The notes under the pieces are model-generated. The model saw only the letters and a program-made list of their open reading frames with translations. It ran no database searches and was not told where the DNA came from. The translations under genes and the position numbers were made by a program. From Raillietiella orientalis (Eukaryota): 64,000 nt of DNA. The stretch spans positions 1,736,001-1,800,000 of the forward strand of contig JAYWIR010000022.1 in the NCBI GenBank assembly GCA_036172245.1. The letters run 5' to 3'. Positions 61,696-64,000 of the stretch are shown one piece after another; the stretch's first letter is position 1; every line of letters begins with the position of its first letter.

Positions 61696-62600
61696 ATTCT
61701 CACCCGGTTATGCCGGGGCATTTAGTACATAAAGCAATAAAAATACATTGGTGTGATAGAACCGTTGGTTCCACCACGTGCAATAAACCTGCCGAAGAGC
61801 GGTACGCAGATCGGCAAGGACCGCTTCGGAAGCACGGGGAAAGGGGAAACCAAAACACAAAACACACACACACACACACAAAACAAGGGAGGGAAATTTC
61901 ACACGGAGAGGGGGGAGGGGATCGAGGAAAGAATCACAGTACGCTGCCAGGCATCCTCTTCATCTCGTTCAGGATGCTGGCAAGTTCCGCCCGTGTATCG
62001 CCCAGGTGGGGCATCACGAGGCGGTCTTCAGGAAGATCCACGCCCAATGTATGGAGTCTTTACCATTTCGGCATCTTCTTCTGGCGTTCCAGGCCCCCAC
62101 CGTCCTGCGATGACAACTGCGAGGGACACGGTTGTTGGCAGAGCGGCTCCACGCTTGAAGAGGCGCCCGAAAATGTCCCCAGGGCCACCGCCCGCCGTGG
62201 ATCCTAGGGTCGCCGCGAAACGATCCCAAAGGGGTCGGAAGGCAGCACAGTCCAACAACAGGTGTGAGAGGGTTTCCTTCGCACACCTGCCGCACTGAGC
62301 GTCTACCCTTCCAAGTGTACAGTGGTGAAGGCGAGCTTTGCACGGGATTCCCCCATGCAACACCAGCAACTCCAACTCCTGCCGCTTGAGCCGGAAGGCG
62401 CTGTTGTTCCAGTACTCTGGAGGCCACTTCACCCCCACTGGAGGGATATCGAGTAGCTCTCCCCCTGCGTACACTGAGGTTGGACACTTGGGTTCGCAGC
62501 TATCCATCACCTTCCGAGTTGTCCAAGCCCCCATAAGTTTCTTCTATGCTGCTATGCAGCTGGTCACATCTCACCTTGCCGGGATTACGCGGTCACTGGA
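61696..62600 (-). mobile_element. Tx1-like ORF2 C-terminus, 3' UTR and terminal stem-loop
   Basis: LHGGIPCKARL...CGRCAKETLSHLLLDC..F..LW (intact CX2C..H..C finger) and AWNAR. Terminal CTAAATGCCCCGGCATAACCGGGTGAGAAT is the reverse complement of 61696-61725. Confidence 0.8.
61863..61880. repeat. (CA)9 microsatellite inside the retroelement 3' UTR
   Basis: Directly visible. Confidence 0.9.
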
Positions 62601-62604
62601 CTGA

Positions 62605-63385
62605 ATGATGGAAATCCTTCTGGGTTCTTTGCTGTTTCTCTGCTTCCCTTTGGAATTTTTTTTCGGGATTTCTTTTTTTTGGTTCGCTAAGTACTGAAGA
62701 ACTGTTTATCTCCTTAGGGAAAGGGGAGGAAGGGGGCTTACAAAGCTCTTTAAGCACTGTACCTATGTAACTTCAGGTAGAAGGCAACCCTGGAAACCAA
62801 CTAAAAGAATTCAAAGGAACGGGTCCGTTCCCCTTACGCTTGGTAGGTAGGAAACCCTGAAGGGAACCCTCGCCCTGGTTGTCTCCGAAGGGAAACCACC
62901 TCTTCCTTATTCACTCCGGAGGAGTCGGTTCCCCAAAGAAGCTTCCACCTCATTTCTTTTCCAAAGGGAACTCGGAAAGGATATTCTCCTGAATTTCTTC
63001 TCCGGAGAGACCATCAGAAAGAATCCTCTCCTTGTTTCATCCTTTGAAGAGAACCACGAACAGACGCTTCTCAACTTCTCTGGAGGGCACTCCGCGAAGG
63101 GAGCGGCACGCTTCTTACACTCTGGAGGGACAACCCTCAAGCTGGTTGATATCGCCGAGAGGAATATCAACCAGCTCCGTGACACGGTTTCCTTTTTACA
63201 ACCGGAGGGGAACGCCGCAGGGAACCGGCTCACTGATGTCCTGGAAGGAACCCGGAGGGCCAACTTTCAATTCTGGCCAGTCAAAGGGGGCATCCGGTTT
63301 CCGAATTTCACCAGTCCCGAAACCTACCGGCCGACCAGCGTCATCTTATCAGAGGGAGACTTGAAAGCCAGGATGCACTCCCATT
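62605..63385 (-). mobile_element. SINE-like hairpin-array element, copy 3 (tRNA-like head missing)
   Basis: AAGATGACGCTG (reverse complement of 63336-63347), CTCCGGGTTCCTTCCAGGA, hairpin units, TTCGGAGACAACCAGGG shared with copy 1, and an A-rich 3' end at ~62655-62680. Confidence 0.72.
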
Positions 63386-63409
63386 CTTTGCATTGGTCCC
63401 TTACGGAAA

Positions 63410-63700
63410 CCGTCAACTCTTAGTATCACGAGCAGAGACAATGGTCATACGGCCGCCAACGCGGACTTCCTGTGTTCAAAGATAATGGGGAGCAGGAAGA
63501 GAGGAAAGGAAAGGGGGAAGAGCACCTTTTTACTCTATGAAGAAGTCCTTGGGCAATTCAGACTAAGAGTCACTGCCATTGAACTTCACCTCCGTTCGCT
63601 CGTCTGTAGGAATCCATCCTCCTGGTTCCTGCAAGAGCAATCCAGTGACATCCCATCCCGAGATCCTCAGTAAGGGCCACCCCCCAAGATCCGGGAAAGC
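63410..63700 (-). mobile_element. Upstream remnant of the Tx1-like ORF2 (endonuclease start and WRP motif)
   Basis: LRISGWDVTGL-LLQE (cf. I.SWNVRGL...LLQE) at ~63625-63670 and RWRP/fs/PLSLL at ~63430-63462. Confidence 0.55.
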
Positions 63701-64000
63701 TACCTCACTGAGGAGAGCCTCCCGCAAACCTGTGCTCGGGATACTTCCCATGTGAGCGTCCCCGGTGCTGGAACAGGAGCCCTTTCTCCCACTCGCCTCG
63801 AGGCGAGCGCATGGTGGAAACCGCCAGTTGCCAGGATTGCCAGGCAAAAGAGGTAGGGGTGCAGAGGGTTGTTGCTAGGGTCCGTTGGACGAAGTTGCGA
63901 GCTGCAACCACGAGGACACCTGAAGGCATCAGCCACCGACCTTTCCCTATGAGCAGTTCTCTCGTCGCCCTCTCAGGAGACAGTGTGGAAGCGAAGACGC

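Noticed and set aside
61785..61835. HDV-like ribozyme
   Set aside because: No room for P3/L3, P1.1, P4 or the catalytic J4/2. Only a simple pseudoknot.

Overview
This is eukaryotic, animal DNA (probably arthropod-like) with very short GT-AG introns. There is no prokaryotic operon, CRISPR array, rRNA gene or true tRNA gene. Only two genes look intact: an intronless SGNH/PC-esterase-like membrane protein (6006-7253, +) and a 7-exon multiple inositol polyphosphate phosphatase (MINPP-like, 16827-18459, +, introns 45-54 nt). The rest holds three kinds of relic. (i) Decayed, apparently unprocessed pseudogenes recognised by motif order: a Cys-loop chloride channel, an RGS12/loco-like gene, a GRXCR-like gene, an ionotropic receptor and possibly a GT31 enzyme. 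(ii) Many L1/Tx1-like non-LTR retrotransposon relics, five of which end in the same AATAAA + stem-loop terminus without a poly(A) tail, plus an I-clade relic and a piggyBac-like fragment. (iii) Three diverged copies of a ~0.7-0.8 kb SINE-like element with a tRNA-like head and a tandem array of hairpins each followed by GGAGA; one copy is full length with poly(A) and a 14-bp target-site duplication. All family assignments come from reading motifs by eye against remembered consensus sequences; no search was run. Relic boundaries are approximate.
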